Notes: a model not told the origin generated them from the letters alone. Counted from the first letter of the whole stretch, positions 39,410-52,185 are shown. The stretch: DNA of 63,474 nt, filler included, from Reticulomyxa filosa (GCA_000512085.1; 24 parts of 24 records of this genome joined end to end with filler, not necessarily neighbours in it); one strand, 5' to 3'. Made by a program: numbers and translations.

Positions 39410-40552
39410 ATGATGACTTCTTTGGACACGTTGAATGGCAAAATCAATCGCAAGCGGACATTACTTGATTTGAATAAGGATGTAACTAGTGAATTAAACG
39501 AAAAAAGCGATACATTGAGCAGCAACGTTGGTTTGAAATTTGCAAAGCGTATGAAGCCGAATTCCAATATGATGCTTCCAGAACACTCATCGTCTGACCC
39601 AAGTGGGTTTGTACCTAGCACACCAATGCCTACCAACAACAAAAAGATAATAACGACGAGCAGGAAAGAAGCAAGCAGCGGACAAGAAACCACCGGTGTG
39701 ACGTCAAATTTGCTGAGTCAGGGAAATGGTGATAAAAGTGTTGCTGAAAAACAGCCATTATCGACAAAAAAAGAGGAAAGAGTGCAAATTGCGGAAACAG
39801 ATGCAGTCACAACATTACAACAACAACAACAACAACAACAACAACGACTAGTTCGAATTCACGACGAAGAGCAATATTTTGAAAGCAAACATTTGTTTCA
39901 AATTCCCTACTTTCAAAAACGGTTTGCGAACCACCCCGTTTCTGCGACGTTGCAAGTGAATTACCCTCGGACTTTTACGGTGTCATTGGCGGCGGTGCTT
40001 AACGACAACAAGAAGAAGAATAAGAAGAAGAAGTCGGACCGGACGAAGGATGACGGAGAAGGAATAAATAGTGGTGGCTGTTATTGGGAGGAGGAGGAGG
40101 AGGTGGAGGAGGAGGAAGAGGATGTGTTTGAAAAGGAGACGACATTGCAAATGTGTGGACTGAGCCACTTGGTGTCATTTGTCGCGTCATCGAATGTTCC
40201 ACGCCTGGACCCTTTGGTAGTCCCTTACCAAGACATAGCGCAAGTGTGCGAAAGCGCAAGATTTTTCGGATTGGACATTACGCCGCAGCAGTGGTTGGAG
40301 TATTTGAACAACATGGTGCCGATCATTCCATTTGAGCGCGTGGAGCAGTGGAGCAAACATGCGAAAGTGAGCGTAAAGTACAAAGCGTTTGGCGAAGCTT
40401 GTCAAATGCACGTGCAGCAAAGAAGTATACCGTTTTCATTGAACGAATACATTGTCCGCAAACAGTTTGAAAGAATTTCCAAATTGGGAATTGGGACACT
40501 TGGCACCACCACCATTATGGCTATAACGAATGGTAATAACAACAACAACAAC

Positions 40553-40583
<31 letters not shown>

Positions 40584-40604
40584 GTAGTAGTAACAGTAGT
40601 CGAC
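39410..40604 (+). CDS. BTB/POZ-like domain protein with low-complexity inserts, 3' truncated
   Basis: LFQIPYFQKRF...LSHLVSFV...IAQVCESARFFGL resembles BTB (S.YF..F; l..EA.FFGL). Contains poly-Q, poly-E and poly-N tracts. Confidence 0.55.
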
Positions 40605-40707
40605 NNNNNNNNNNNNNNNNNNNNNNNNNNNNNNNNNNNNNNNNNNNNTTAATTAATTAANNNNNNNNNNNNNNNNNNNNNNNNNNNNNNNNNNNNNNNN
40701 NNNNCAA

Positions 40708-41887
40708 ATGATGTACTTGATCAATCAATATTTGGACATGTCAAGTTTGTCGAGTGTAAGTTATTGTTGTAAATATTTGTATTATCATTGCAAGCATCCT
40801 TGTAGCATTTGTCATGTTGAATTTCCGACGTATCCCTGGTCTCAGGAGGTTGGCGAAAAATGGAGTGTGAATTGGGACAAAATCACACATATTATGGTAC
40901 AGTGGCATTCGGAATTGGAAGATTATGGCATGTATTACCAAGAAAAAAAGGAAGAACAATGGGCAGACGAAATTCAAAAATGTGTGAATGTGACCCATTT
41001 GATTTGCCGTGTGAAACAATCGCGATTTATTGTCTTGCGACCTTATATCCTTATTCCAAAGATTATTCAAAACAATAGATTTTGTCAGCTGCGAGAAATT
41101 TTCCTGTGGCAACTTTGCTTTGATCCGACTTGGGTACCAAGTGTCTTTGGCCGATTGGTGTGTTTGCAAGTGTTGCAAATTGACGAAATTTCGGTACCGG
41201 ATAGATGGAGTAGTAATGATATTTATTTTGATTATGGCACGGCGATGGAAGGGAAACACGAGGAACACTTTGACAGCACCGAGTTGCGACAAAATTTGGA
41301 GGATGTTCAAAGTTTGGAGGTATTGAAAATTGGTGCTTTTTCAAACTATAATCGCCGTGATACTGTCCTGTTGGAATCGCTCGCGGTATTTATATACACG
41401 CTCATTTGTAATCAATGCAATAAACCAATGAGCATTGTACCCATCCCCATTATTTGCAGAGTGTCCCGTATTCTCTTTCAAAATATTGGTCTCACCAAAA
41501 TCAAGACCTTTCAAGTGGATTTCACTGGTAGGTTCTTTTCCATGCATCACCTTCCTATCGGTCCCGATTTGGAGGTTTTGACCCGCCTTTGGAGATATCA
41601 AGATCCTTTTAACTGCTCCGAACTTTGCATTGTTGCAAATACGCGTGATTGGAAAAACGACATAAAATCAAACTTCAAAGCCTTTCTGCAAGTCTTAATC
41701 CAAAATCAGAAATATTATTGCGGAAACCTTGTCCTCGATCTTGCGCTTGCAAATGAAGAAATGAACTTTGAACATTTCATTCCAAAAGTACATTTCAATT
41801 CTTACGAATTGGAGTCCCTGAATTTGAAATTCTCTCTGTCCGCAACCAGTAGATACTCTTTCTATTGGATGAAAAAACCAAAAAAAA
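40708..41887 (+). CDS. F-box-like motif followed by LRR-like repeats (both ends truncated)
   Basis: YLINQYLDMSSLSSVSYCCKYLY (F-box-like), then LREIFL, LQVLQI, LEVLKI and LESLNL (LxxLxL-type motifs) across about 390 open codons. Confidence 0.6.
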
Positions 41888-42549
41888 NNNNNNNNNNNNN
41901 NNNNNNNNNNNNNNNNNNNNNNNNNNNNNNNTTAATTAATTAANNNNNNNNNNNNNNNNNNNNNNNNNNNNNNNNNNNNNNNNNNNNGTATTACATTTAG
42001 TACAGATTCTCCACAGCAGACTCCCCACACTACAATTATCAAAAAATGTTTATATTTAAAAATTTATTGTATTTGTGACTCTTTTGACACGAACTTTGCC
42101 AAATACGAAATTGTAGAAAATCTTTTAATTTATTCTTCAAAATTTTTTCATATAACAACAGATGTTGCTTTATCCAGTTGGTTGTTCAAATTTTCAATCC
42201 ACTTCAAACGAAACTTTTTTGTAAAGTTTTATTTATCATTAATGGATTCAAAATGAATTTTCTAAAAAATGTTTTCTGAATTTGTAATACTGCATAGTAA
42301 AAGTATTCCAAACTCAATAGCATAAGATTTACTGATAAGTCTATAATAACATAATATGCTTAACCTAAAACATGCATCACTACTGCCAAATTCATTTTTG
42401 ATTAAAAAGAAACACTTTTTATGATTGTTTACTACTAATTATATGTGACTACTATTCAAAATTTTTTTGAAGTGATCTTACTATTTCAAAACAATTTTGG
42501 ATTTGTTGCTCAATCATATTAATTGATAACAAAAAAGATAAGTTGATCA

Positions 42550-43545
42550 TTAAAGTTTAACAACCCCTATTTTGCCAATAACAGCATTTTCGTAAAAAAT
42601 AGGCTTTTCAACAGTATCAGGGTTGATTTGTTCAGACTCAGCGTCGATAATCATAGCAGTAGCAACAGTTGCAACATGGGTTTTGGGAAAAAAAACAGCC
42701 TTTTCAGCCCAGCGATCCGTATTGGGTCTCTCCAAGACTCCAGGACGGAAAATACTTGTTCGAGGAAACTTCATATCAATAATTTCATTTTCGATTAATC
42801 CTTTGATTTTCAAGTAATACAGTCCATGTCCAATTTTCCACTCATTTGCCCAAACATTGGCATTTGCTCCTTGTGCGGTCATTAAACTAAAATGAGGAAC
42901 ATCTTTGTTTTGGTTTGGTTTTAATGTAAGCTTTCAAAACGTAAAAAAAAATCAAAAAACAATTCCAAACTAGCTTTTTGGGAAGCAATTGCGGCGTCTT
43001 TGACCATGTCAAAGTCAATTTTTTTGAAATTTTCAGCAGTTCCTGCAGCGTTTCGTGTTGTCCCTAACACACAAAATGTCACGTCATGTGCTTCAAATAA
43101 TTTTTGTTCGTCAAGGATTTTGCCCATATCAATAGCGTGTTGCGTCAATTTCTTTTTTTCCTCTTCGGTCAGCTCTTCTTCTTTTTTGATGCCTAAGCTA
43201 GTTTGCAATGTCTTCAAATCCAACTCGCGACGGCCAAATGTTGTCACTTTTCCCCACTCGGATGATTTCAATAAATAATATACCAGATATTGCCCCGTCG
43301 CTCCTTTGAGTTTTGTTTTTTTTTTTTGTTCATTTTTGGCTCAAATAGTTGGATTTTTTGATAACAAATGTTTTTGACTTTTGTACCAGTTGCGCCGATA
43401 ATAACTGCAGACCGACCATCCTTTTTCTCACCAGTAACGTGCTTTCGTAATAACTCTGGAGATTTCTGTTTTTAGGTTGTTTTAGGCTTGTTGTCAAAAA
43501 CTAAACAAGTAATAACATCACCTCCTCACTTCCGGTGTTGCCCAT
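42550..43545 (-). CDS. HTATIP2/TIP30-like NAD(P)-binding oxidoreductase, 4 exons
   Basis: MGNTGSEE|...SAVIIGATG|ATGQYL, FCVLGTTR, FKKIDFD, YYLKIKGLIE and SIFRPGVL. Confidence 0.85.
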
Positions 43546-44034
43546 TGCAAAACGCAAATGTCTTAGTTGCCGAAAATAAACACTATTCGAATATCTTTGG
43601 GACTGCAAAAATTTCAAATGAATACTCTTCATTCCCTTGAAAAAACAACTTTGCAAAACTCAGGCCAACATTTTCGTCGTAAATCATTAAATTTTTTCTT
43701 CGTTTAGACAAATTACTTAAGATCAACATCATTGCGAAATTTGCTAAAAAATTATATGGTAGCAAAATAACGGTTAAATTCACGCTATAACAACATCATT
43801 TTTAATACTTAATTATCATCGCAGTGACCACAGACAAAAAGCAGAGTTGATGAAATGAATTCGATAAAAAACTTGAGAAGGCTTAAAATTGGATGTAAAG
43901 GTGCAAAATATCTAAAGACAGAACATTTTTTTTGTTTGTTTTGACAAAAGAGGGTATTTTTAAGTCCATCTCAGGTGCAACACAACAGAACACAATGAAA
44001 ATTGCAGAACAACACTTACAGCAGGCCCTTGTTT

Positions 44035-45714
44035 CTACTTGGGACGGAAGAAAATTTCTCCATAAAATTCGATTCCACTGCACGCCAAATACTTTTTAAA
44101 AAATAAAAACAAAAAAAGTATGTATTTTTTGTTTTTAAGTTCAAACGTGGTCAGAAGAAAAAGAGAAAAGAAATATAGATCATTACCCAATGGCTGTTCG
44201 AGTTTTTTTCATATTGTCGAATTCGGAAAGCGCGATATCGTTTTTCTTTAGAATCGACTTGCCATGTGTGAGTGGATCCCTTTCCATTTAATCCGGTATC
44301 ATTGGTATGAGTGTGAATTATTTTAAACTTTGACAGATCGTTACTTCCTTCCAAGTACCAATTGCGCAAGCACTCAGTATCCCACGAGTCGTAATGTCGT
44401 AGCGAATAATGAGTGATGCGTATATAAATAGTGCGAAAATCGACTATAAACCAATTATTCTTTTCGGCCATGCAAACGCATCTCTTGACTTCACGACCAC
44501 AAATAGTGGTTGCAGGTACACTATCCTTGGCGAGTCGTGACGAGGTAACTGTGACCACACCAGTTTCGGCTGGATTACGCCATAATGCTGTTCTCCAATC
44601 CGTTGCCAAAAAGTGTAAAATACCATTTTCGTCAAAATCTTTTGAGTAGTAAAATGAATATCCATTGCCTCCTGACAAGTCTATTTTTTTTTTTTTTTTT
44701 TTTTATATGAAATATCTTTTTGTGTTGGTTGATCGTTTCTTGAAGAAAGTAAGGAGAGAAGGAAGAAAAGAGGAAAAAAAACAAGTAAGCTACTAAACGA
44801 TGAATGAGTCTTTGTTTCTCTTGCCTGGCCAACTCTCGTAACATGGCCATGTCTTGATCTTCATCTGCGACGGACATTTGGCCTGGCGTTTGTTGGGTCT
44901 GCGTTTGTGGTTGTGAGTCATCCTTATTGTCCCATGGCACTTCTCCAGTCAATGAGCAGTCGAACTGCAATGCCTGCTGCTTTTCGGTTTCTCCCAATTT
45001 GGCCAATGTTTTGGTATCTGCTTGCCTTGGCTGTGGATAGCCAATCTGAAACACATCTCCGTATATTTCAAAGCCACTAAGGGAATTGTACAAATGGTTA
45101 TTACTGTTAACCCCGGTTTGGCGAATTCGGAATACTCGATAACGCGCCCCTTTCGAACGAAGTTCCCAGGTCGCAACAGCTCCTTTGTGATTTAAGGAAG
45201 CATCGTCTTTGTGTGCTCGTAGTGTTACCCAGCCATGTCCTTCGAAAGATCCTTCCAACACCCAATTACGCAAGGCTTCTGTGTCCCATGATATGTAATG
45301 TCTCAACGAATAGTGAGTGGGCGACACGTAAATGTTTTTCAAATCCACGGAAAACCACGAGTTTTCAACGGGCTGTGTCACACATCGCACTGAAATACGT
45401 CCACACAACGCATGTGCTGGCTCGGAGTCACGCATCAGGGACGAGGCATCACATCGAATCCATGACTTAGCACCGGGGTTCACCCAGCTCGAGGTGCCGC
45501 CACGAGTTCCGATCCAATACACAACGCCATTTTTGTCATTATTTTCAATAAATTGGCATTTCTTAACAAACCGCAAGTCTGTATACATACATATATATTT
45601 TCCCAAAGCATGTTAAAATTGAATAATAAGTAGGGCTTCAACAGAGGAGAGGGATCATACGTTAAGTCCCAAAGACGTATACATATGTGGGATGCATGCA
45701 TGCGTGTCATTTTA

Positions 45715-45746
<32 letters not shown>

Positions 45747-46685
45747 CTGCGAATCTATTTATTATACAAATCATCCCAACTAAACTTTTCCATGTATTTT
45801 CGCATTCAGTCTTGTTTAATGCAGTTTGCAAAGCGTCAAACTTGGTTAAATATAGTTGGCCATAAAACTCAATTCCAGAGCACGCCAAGTATTTATGTTT
45901 ATTGGAATTGAGACCTGTTTGCTTGATTCTCCAGATGCGATAGGCTCCTCTTCCTTGTACGGGCCAAGTGTGCGTCGCGCCTTTTTCATTCAAGCCCTGG
46001 TCATCCTCATGTTTTTTAACGGTGACCCAATGCACGCCGTCATTGGATGCTTGGAGTATCCAGTTCCTCAAGCACTCCGTGTCCCATGACGAGTAGTGTC
46101 GCAACGTATAATACGAAGGCTGGATCAACTTGTCTTTAAAGTCGACTTGCATCCAGGCGTTATCTTCCGGCTTTGTGACCAATCGCACTGTCTCTCGACC
46201 GACCAAGTGATGCAAAGGATCGCTATCTTTGACAAGCGAGGAGGCCGCCAAGGCAACCTCGTCGGCCAAAGCGGGGTTTGTCCACTCTTTTTGTCCCCCG
46301 CGAGTGGCTAAAAACCATAGAATACCATTGTCATCAAAGTCTTGGTCGTATGTGAAATGATACACTCCTTGCTGGCCATTGTCCATCATTTGGCAAAACT
46401 TGACCAACGACAGCTTCTTCATCTTTTGCTGTTCGTTGAAGGCTTTCAAAAAGTTGTCCTCCACGTCGCTTGTGTCATCTTTGTACAATGTGCCGTAGAC
46501 CTCGAATCCACTGCAAGCTAAAAAGTAGTGATTGTTGTTGTTTGGACCAGTTTGCTTGATGCGAAATCGCCGAAATGCACATCCGTAGTCGTGCAAAGCC
46601 CAAGTGTACGATTGTCCTTTTGCATTCAAGGCCTGGTCATTGTTGTGCTGTCGTAATACGAGCCATTTCTCTCCGTCCAATGATT

Positions 46686-46717
<32 letters not shown>

Positions 46718-46745
46718 GTTTTTGTTTATTAGTGCAATATCCATT

Positions 46746-46776
<31 letters not shown>

Positions 46777-48176
46777 GAACTCAACTTCAATGACCCAATT
46801 TCTCAAACATTCGGTGTCCCATGACAGATAATGTCGCAATGTATAATGTGTAGGTTTGACATACTTTCGACAAAATCGACAGAGAACCAGCAAGACGCCC
46901 CGGGCTTGGTGACACAACGCACAACCTTTCTTCCAATGAACGCTTCAATGGGCTCGGAGTCGGGCATCATTTGAGAGGAGTTAACAATGACCATACCCAA
47001 TGTCCCTGGGTTATCGTACGATTTGGTCAGCCCGCACGTGCCAAAGAAATACAAAATACCGTTTTCGTCCATGGGATGATGATGAACAAATTTCGTGCCC
47101 GATTGAACTTTGCTTAAAAAGCCGCTCATCAAATGTTTCAAGCGCTCGCGCATTTCTTGTTCCACTTTCGCTTTGTTTTTGCGGTTTTCTTCGTCCGACT
47201 TTTTATCTGCACATAGCGTGCATCCCAAGCCAAACTCGAATCCATTGGGGGGATGTCTCACACGTAGAGAACACAGATCGGGGTCTGCACGGGTCTCATA
47301 GGCTTTTTTCTCTTGTTCCTCCAATGTCAGGTTGTTCCAAGAAGGATCCTTCATCAAGTCGACCAATGCTTTCTTTAGTCCTGGACATTGCTTATACTCA
47401 ATTAATGCCTGTTTGTTTTTGCCTGTAGAATAGGTGCAAAGTTTATCCCACACTCCGGGCTCGTGGCATTCTCGACAAAAGTGAACTTTTCCCCAACAAT
47501 GGAATACTGACATGGTACAGCAATAGCGACATTTATACGCCAAATAATCAGCGCCATGTTCTTTGCATTCATCCACCGATTCAATTTTTTGACACTTGTT
47601 GCATATCAAATCTTTCTTCTCCACTTGGTTGTTCTCTTCTTCGTCTTGCGCTTTGCACTCCTTCGCCCCACCGAAATAAGGCTTTTTACATTGGAAACAT
47701 TGGAAAAACGCATAAATATGGTCGGCATAGCCGATTTCATCGTTGTAAAATTTTCCCTTTGGATCGACCACATCGTTGTCGCTCTGACGTTCCTCATACC
47801 TCAATCGCTGCAATGCCATTTGTCTTACCGTATTCTCCAACAGTCGAACCTCATCGCACTTTTCGCTCAACGATTCGTGGTTGATCGGCTCTTTACACAA
47901 CGGACAAGTGGCGTACTCAAATGAAATAAACGGCGTTTGCCAACTCATGTCCAGCTTCTTCTGCACACATTCAAAGTGGAATGCGTGTTTGCACGAAAGC
48001 ATAATCGTAGGAGCTTGTCCAAGCGCACCTGCAAGGCAAATCGCGCAAGGCTCGTCAATTACCGTTTTGATATCAGGCGATCGAGATGGGCAATCTTTGG
48101 CTAGGCATGGACAGCACGTTTCTTCATTGCGCACTCCAATGCATCTTTTATTATTATTATCATTATTATTATTATC
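44035..48176 (-). CDS. MYCBP2/PHR-type RING-Cys-relay E3 ligase module followed by four HECTD1-type SUN/discoidin-like domains (5' truncated; homopolymer frameshift near 46866)
   Basis: RING CAIC...CKHAFHFEC...CPLC, tandem-cysteine domain YFGGAKEC...KCRYCC..VFHCWGKVHFC..HPPNGFEFGLGC, then four repeats of D.NG...GT....NP...Y.LRHY.SWDTE.LRNW...LN.KG...W...N....L..SG.E.YG. Confidence 0.88.
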
Positions 48177-48277
48177 NNNNNNNNNNNNNNNNNNNNNNNN
48201 NNNNNNNNNNNNNNNNNNNNTTAATTAATTAANNNNNNNNNNNNNNNNNNNNNNNNNNNNNNNNNNNNNNNNNNNNT

Positions 48278-49580
48278 TTATTTGACCTGCAGGCTGGGCA
48301 AAGGCATGATATCTGGCAAGACCATATTTTTGCTAGCATCAGTTTTGTTGCTTTTCCAAAGAGCAAGGATTCAGAGTAGAAGAGTTTCCAAAGCAAGACA
48401 TCTTCCAAGTCATAGGAAGTAGATTTGGAGAACCACGATTTTTTTGGCGAAATGCGGAACGAATTTTCCCGCAAAAGTTCAATCCATTGAGTAAAAGTGG
48501 AGATGGTGGTTTTGTTAGTATTGAGCTCGACAGCGACCATGCGAAAGAAGTCTACCATTTGAAGCCAAAAGTACGTCAAAGTTTCATGGTATGCATCCCC
48601 GTCGTGCCTTTTTATTTCCGAAAAGATTTTGTTTTTTCCTTCTTTTCTTCCTATGGTCTCCAAGTAGTACCAAATGGCTCGTAGCAAGTACAAGTGATTC
48701 CAACCTTGCAATTGCTTCGTTTCGAACAGTTTGATGAAGGTTTTGTCATCCGTGTCCTCTTTGGCCAGTTGCTTCAGTTGAGCAATGACATCGATCCCTT
48801 TTTTCGCCTCTTTCAATTCCTGCAAGTTCGTGTCCACCGTCGACGGCAACTGTTTGTCCTTTTTATCGGGGAACATAAACTCCTCGCGCGATTTGGCATT
48901 CTTCAAAAACAAGTCGTCGCTGTAGTACTCCTTGTACAACCCAAAGTCACTCAAGCGAGGATTCATCACCAAAAAGGCTAGTCAGGCACAACCCATCGTC
49001 ATCCCCAAGCCAACAGCCGTAATAAAAGTGTTTATGTGTACATATATACGTATACATACAATTAAATACGTATAAATATTAAACTTTTGAAATTATCTTT
49101 TCCAATTTTGGTTGCTTCCAATGCATACCAAACCATATGTGCCCAAAAATAAGTGATAGTAATGCTGAAGGTGTTTCGCGTGTTTTTGGACTTGGTCAAG
49201 AAGTTTTGCAAATTGGAAAAGATTTTCTGTAGGCCTTGTCGACGACCAAATTTGGTGAAATACAAGTATGCCAAACGCAAGTGCACATAGTGATCAAAAG
49301 GTCCATCCAACGTCACGTTTTCAAACTTTTCCAAAAAGACGTCGTCGTCTTCGTCCTTTCGTTCCACCCACTCTTCCAATTTACTCTTTTTCGGCTCTTT
49401 CTCTTTTTCCTTTTCCTTTTCTTCTTTGGCTTCCTCTGCTGCTGCCTTCGCTTCTGCCTTTTTCTGTTGTTCCAAGGCATCACGCTCTTTTATCTTTGCT
49501 GCTCGTTTGGGATCAAAATATGCTTCTTGTGTCCATTCCAAGGCCTCGTATAGCCCATCTCCTTTTATGGCACTGACAGC
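48278..49580 (-). CDS. Arf-family GTPase C-terminus fused to two tandem copies of an uncharacterised His-motif domain (5' truncated)
   Basis: VSAIKGDGLYEALEW resembles the Arf G5 motif and last helix. Repeat 1: FDHYVHLRLAY...TITYFW...NPRL...YYS...FPD. Repeat 2: WNHLYLLRAIW...YHETLTYFW...FYS..., with MVLPDIMPLP after a 1-nt shift near 48352. Confidence 0.7.
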
Positions 49581-49770
49581 TATTCCATTATTGGGTCGTT
49601 TACAATGGGCAGCGTGCAAATGATATGTATACGTATTTATGAAAAGGTACACATGCATTTTTTTTTTTTTNNNNNNNNNNNNNNNNNNNNNNNNNNNNNN
49701 NNNNNNNNNNNNNNTTAATTAATTAANNNNNNNNNNNNNNNNNNNNNNNNNNNNNNNNNNNNNNNNNNNN

Positions 49771-49807
<37 letters not shown>

Positions 49808-51003
49808 TGTCATAAAGTTTCAAAGGCTTACGTATGCATCGAATAAAACTACGTAGAGCCAACATGAAAACTCGTTAGTTAGTAACCGCAGTGCGTCCAC
49901 TCCAACCCCAACTACGGCCACGATGCACTCGAAGTTGACGTCTCCTATTCAACACGAAAATAGCAAGAAGGACAGGGTTGTCATTTTAGATGTGTTGGAG
50001 ACAGAGCTTAAACCTCCTTTCAAAGGCGGTGGTGATAACGGCGACGGTGATGATGAGGACCGCAAACAAAAACCAAAAGATCGACCAAAGAGTGCTCGCT
50101 ACTCCACTTGTAGTAGTCATGGTGTTCAATCTGGAGAATCGAGAGCTTCGAGTGTTGAAGTTTTGTCGTGTGTGTTTGTGGGCTAGGTGGTTTTTGTGTT
50201 ATAAAATACGTTTCTGTGATACTGTGATCGTGATGAAATTGTCAGCCTTATGTCAGTGGTAAAAACTCCACGGAGTTTTTCCCCAAGTTCGATGACGAGG
50301 AAAATAGTAGGAACAAACTCGCCGTTCCATCTGATCACACTCCAATTTTGCCTTCCGAAAATCCAAGCTTTGGTGCGTCCCGTCGCAAATCCCATGAAGA
50401 TAAAATACAGAAGAAAGGCATGACCGAAGATGTTATTCATGATCGAAGAAGCACACCCTCCCCTCGTGTTATGAATCGTGTCAAACCCCTTAAAAGTGGA
50501 TAACCTAGTTGTTAAAAGGTTGCCATGCAACATTGCATGTATTTACATTGTCCTTTCCAATGTTGTGTGCATAACAATTAAATGTCAGAAGCTCAATTGT
50601 GTTGAAAATTTGCAAACCATCAACTTTTGTGATATTTGGTTATCAATTTTCGAGGGTGAGCTTCTTTTTCTCTCTTTCGAGTTTTCATTGGTAATTTGTC
50701 AATCTGAAAAATATCATTTACGGAATTTAGCAATATTACCACCGCAAAAATAATACAAAAACTTTGTAACAGTGAACGGTGTTGCAGTTTTATTTTAGAA
50801 AACCAAATACTTCCTTAATGATTTCAGAAATTTACATAATGCGATCTTTGTGCATAAGAAAAAAAAAAAAAAAAAATTTTCCCAATTAATATCGCAATAT
50901 ATTNNNNNNNNNNNNNNNNNNNNNNNNNNNNNNNNNNNNNNNNNNNNTTAATTAATTAANNNNNNNNNNNNNNNNNNNNNNNNNNNNNNNNNNNNNNNNN
51001 NNN

Positions 51004-51289
51004 TCGGCGCCAGCGCGCCGAACCGTTCGGTCACCGGGTTCCAGGATTCGTCGAACAGGAAGCCGAAGCCGAACGTGCTGAGCGCCGGAGCCGCGCCGAC
51101 GATGAGGGCGATGATGACGCCGCTCAGCAGGGCGAGCACGGCGAGCGAGGCGCCGCGGGTCAGCCCGTGGAATATCGAGTCTGTCAATCTCAGGCGTCGC
51201 AGCACGGCCGCCCGCGAGGCGGAAACCGCCGCCGGCGCGCTTGCGCCCTTCAATGCAACTTCACTCACGTCCCGCTCCCCCGAAGCCAT
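51004..51289 (-). CDS. pstC: Bacterial phosphate ABC transporter permease PstC, N-terminal part
   Basis: DSIFHGLTRGASLAVLALLSGVIIALIVGAAPALSTFGFGFL..SWNPVTERFGALAP, lying downstream of pstS with a G-rich RBS before the ATG. Confidence 0.92.
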
Positions 51290-51307
51290 AAGCCCCCCAA
51301 GAATGAG

Positions 51308-51329
51308 GGGCGGGTGTCGCCACCCGCCC
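51308..51329 (-). terminator. pstS-pstC intergenic stem-loop (9-bp GC-rich stem, GCGA tetraloop)
   Basis: GGGCGGGTG-GCGA-CACCCGCCC on the transcribed strand just after the pstS stop. It has no U-tract, so it is more likely an mRNA-stabilising or attenuating hairpin. Confidence 0.65.
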
Positions 51330-51337
51330 GTCACCAA

Positions 51338-52185
51338 TTAGTTCGTCGGCGAATACAGCGGCTTGCCGCTGGCGTCTTTGATTTCCGCCGCCCACATCTT
51401 CATGATGTCGTTCACGACGTTCTGGGGCATCGGCACGTAGTCGAGCGAGTCCGCCATGGCGTCGCCCTTGGTGTAGGCCCAGGCGAAGAACTTCAGCGCC
51501 TCGGCCGACTCCGCCAGCTTTTCCGGCTTCTTGTACATCAGGATCCAGGTCGCGGCCGCCATCGGCCAGGACTGGTCGCCCGGCTGGTTGGCCAGGATCA
51601 CGCCGAAGCCCGGCTTGGACTTCCAGTCGGCGTTCGCCGCGGCGGCCTGCACCGTATCCGACCCGGGGCGACCGCCTTGCCCGCCTTGTTGATCATCTTG
51701 GTGAAGGTCATCTTGTTTTCTTTGGCATAGGCGTATTCGACGTAGCCGATCGCGCCCTTGGTCTGCGCCACGTTGCCGGCAACGCCTTCGTTGCCCTTGG
51801 CGCCGATGCCCACCGGCCATTGCAGCGCCGTGCTGACGCCGACCTTCGTCTTCCAGTCCGGGCTCACATCGGCCAGGTAGTAGGCGAAATTGTAGGTCGT
51901 GCCCGATCCGTCCGAGCGACGCACCGGCACGATGGCCTGCTTCGGCAGCTTGACGTTGGGGTTGAGCTTGACGATTGCCGCATCGTCCCAGCTCTTGATC
52001 TGGCCGAGATAGATGTTTGCCAGCGTCGGCCCGTCGAGCACCAGCTCACCGGGCTTGATGCCTTCGAGATTGACGATCGGCGTCACCGAACCCATCACCA
52101 TCGGGAACTGTACCAGACCCGAGTCATCGAGGTCCTTGCCCGTGAGCGGCGCGTCGGTGGCACCGAAGGTCACGGTCTTGGCCTT
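51338..52185 (-). CDS. pstS: Bacterial phosphate-binding protein PstS (5' truncated; 1-nt frameshift near 51662)
   Basis: [48 protein letters not shown] and LDYVPMP. GC-rich and intronless. Confidence 0.95.

Noticed and set aside
39410-41887. One BTB + F-box fusion gene spanning two contigs
   Set aside because: The two ORFs are separated by an artificial linker, so their adjacency is not evidence of linkage.
46860-46872. Programmed frameshift or pseudogenisation in the RCR ligase (likewise near 48352 and in pstS near 51662)
   Set aside because: Each is a single missing base in a short homopolymer with intact homology on both sides, including in the bacterial contig. Sequencing error is the simplest explanation.
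50183-50533. LINE APE-endonuclease fragment (RGGCA motif) on the minus strand
   Set aside because: There is only one weak motif, and the + strand reads better as a disordered C-terminal exon.
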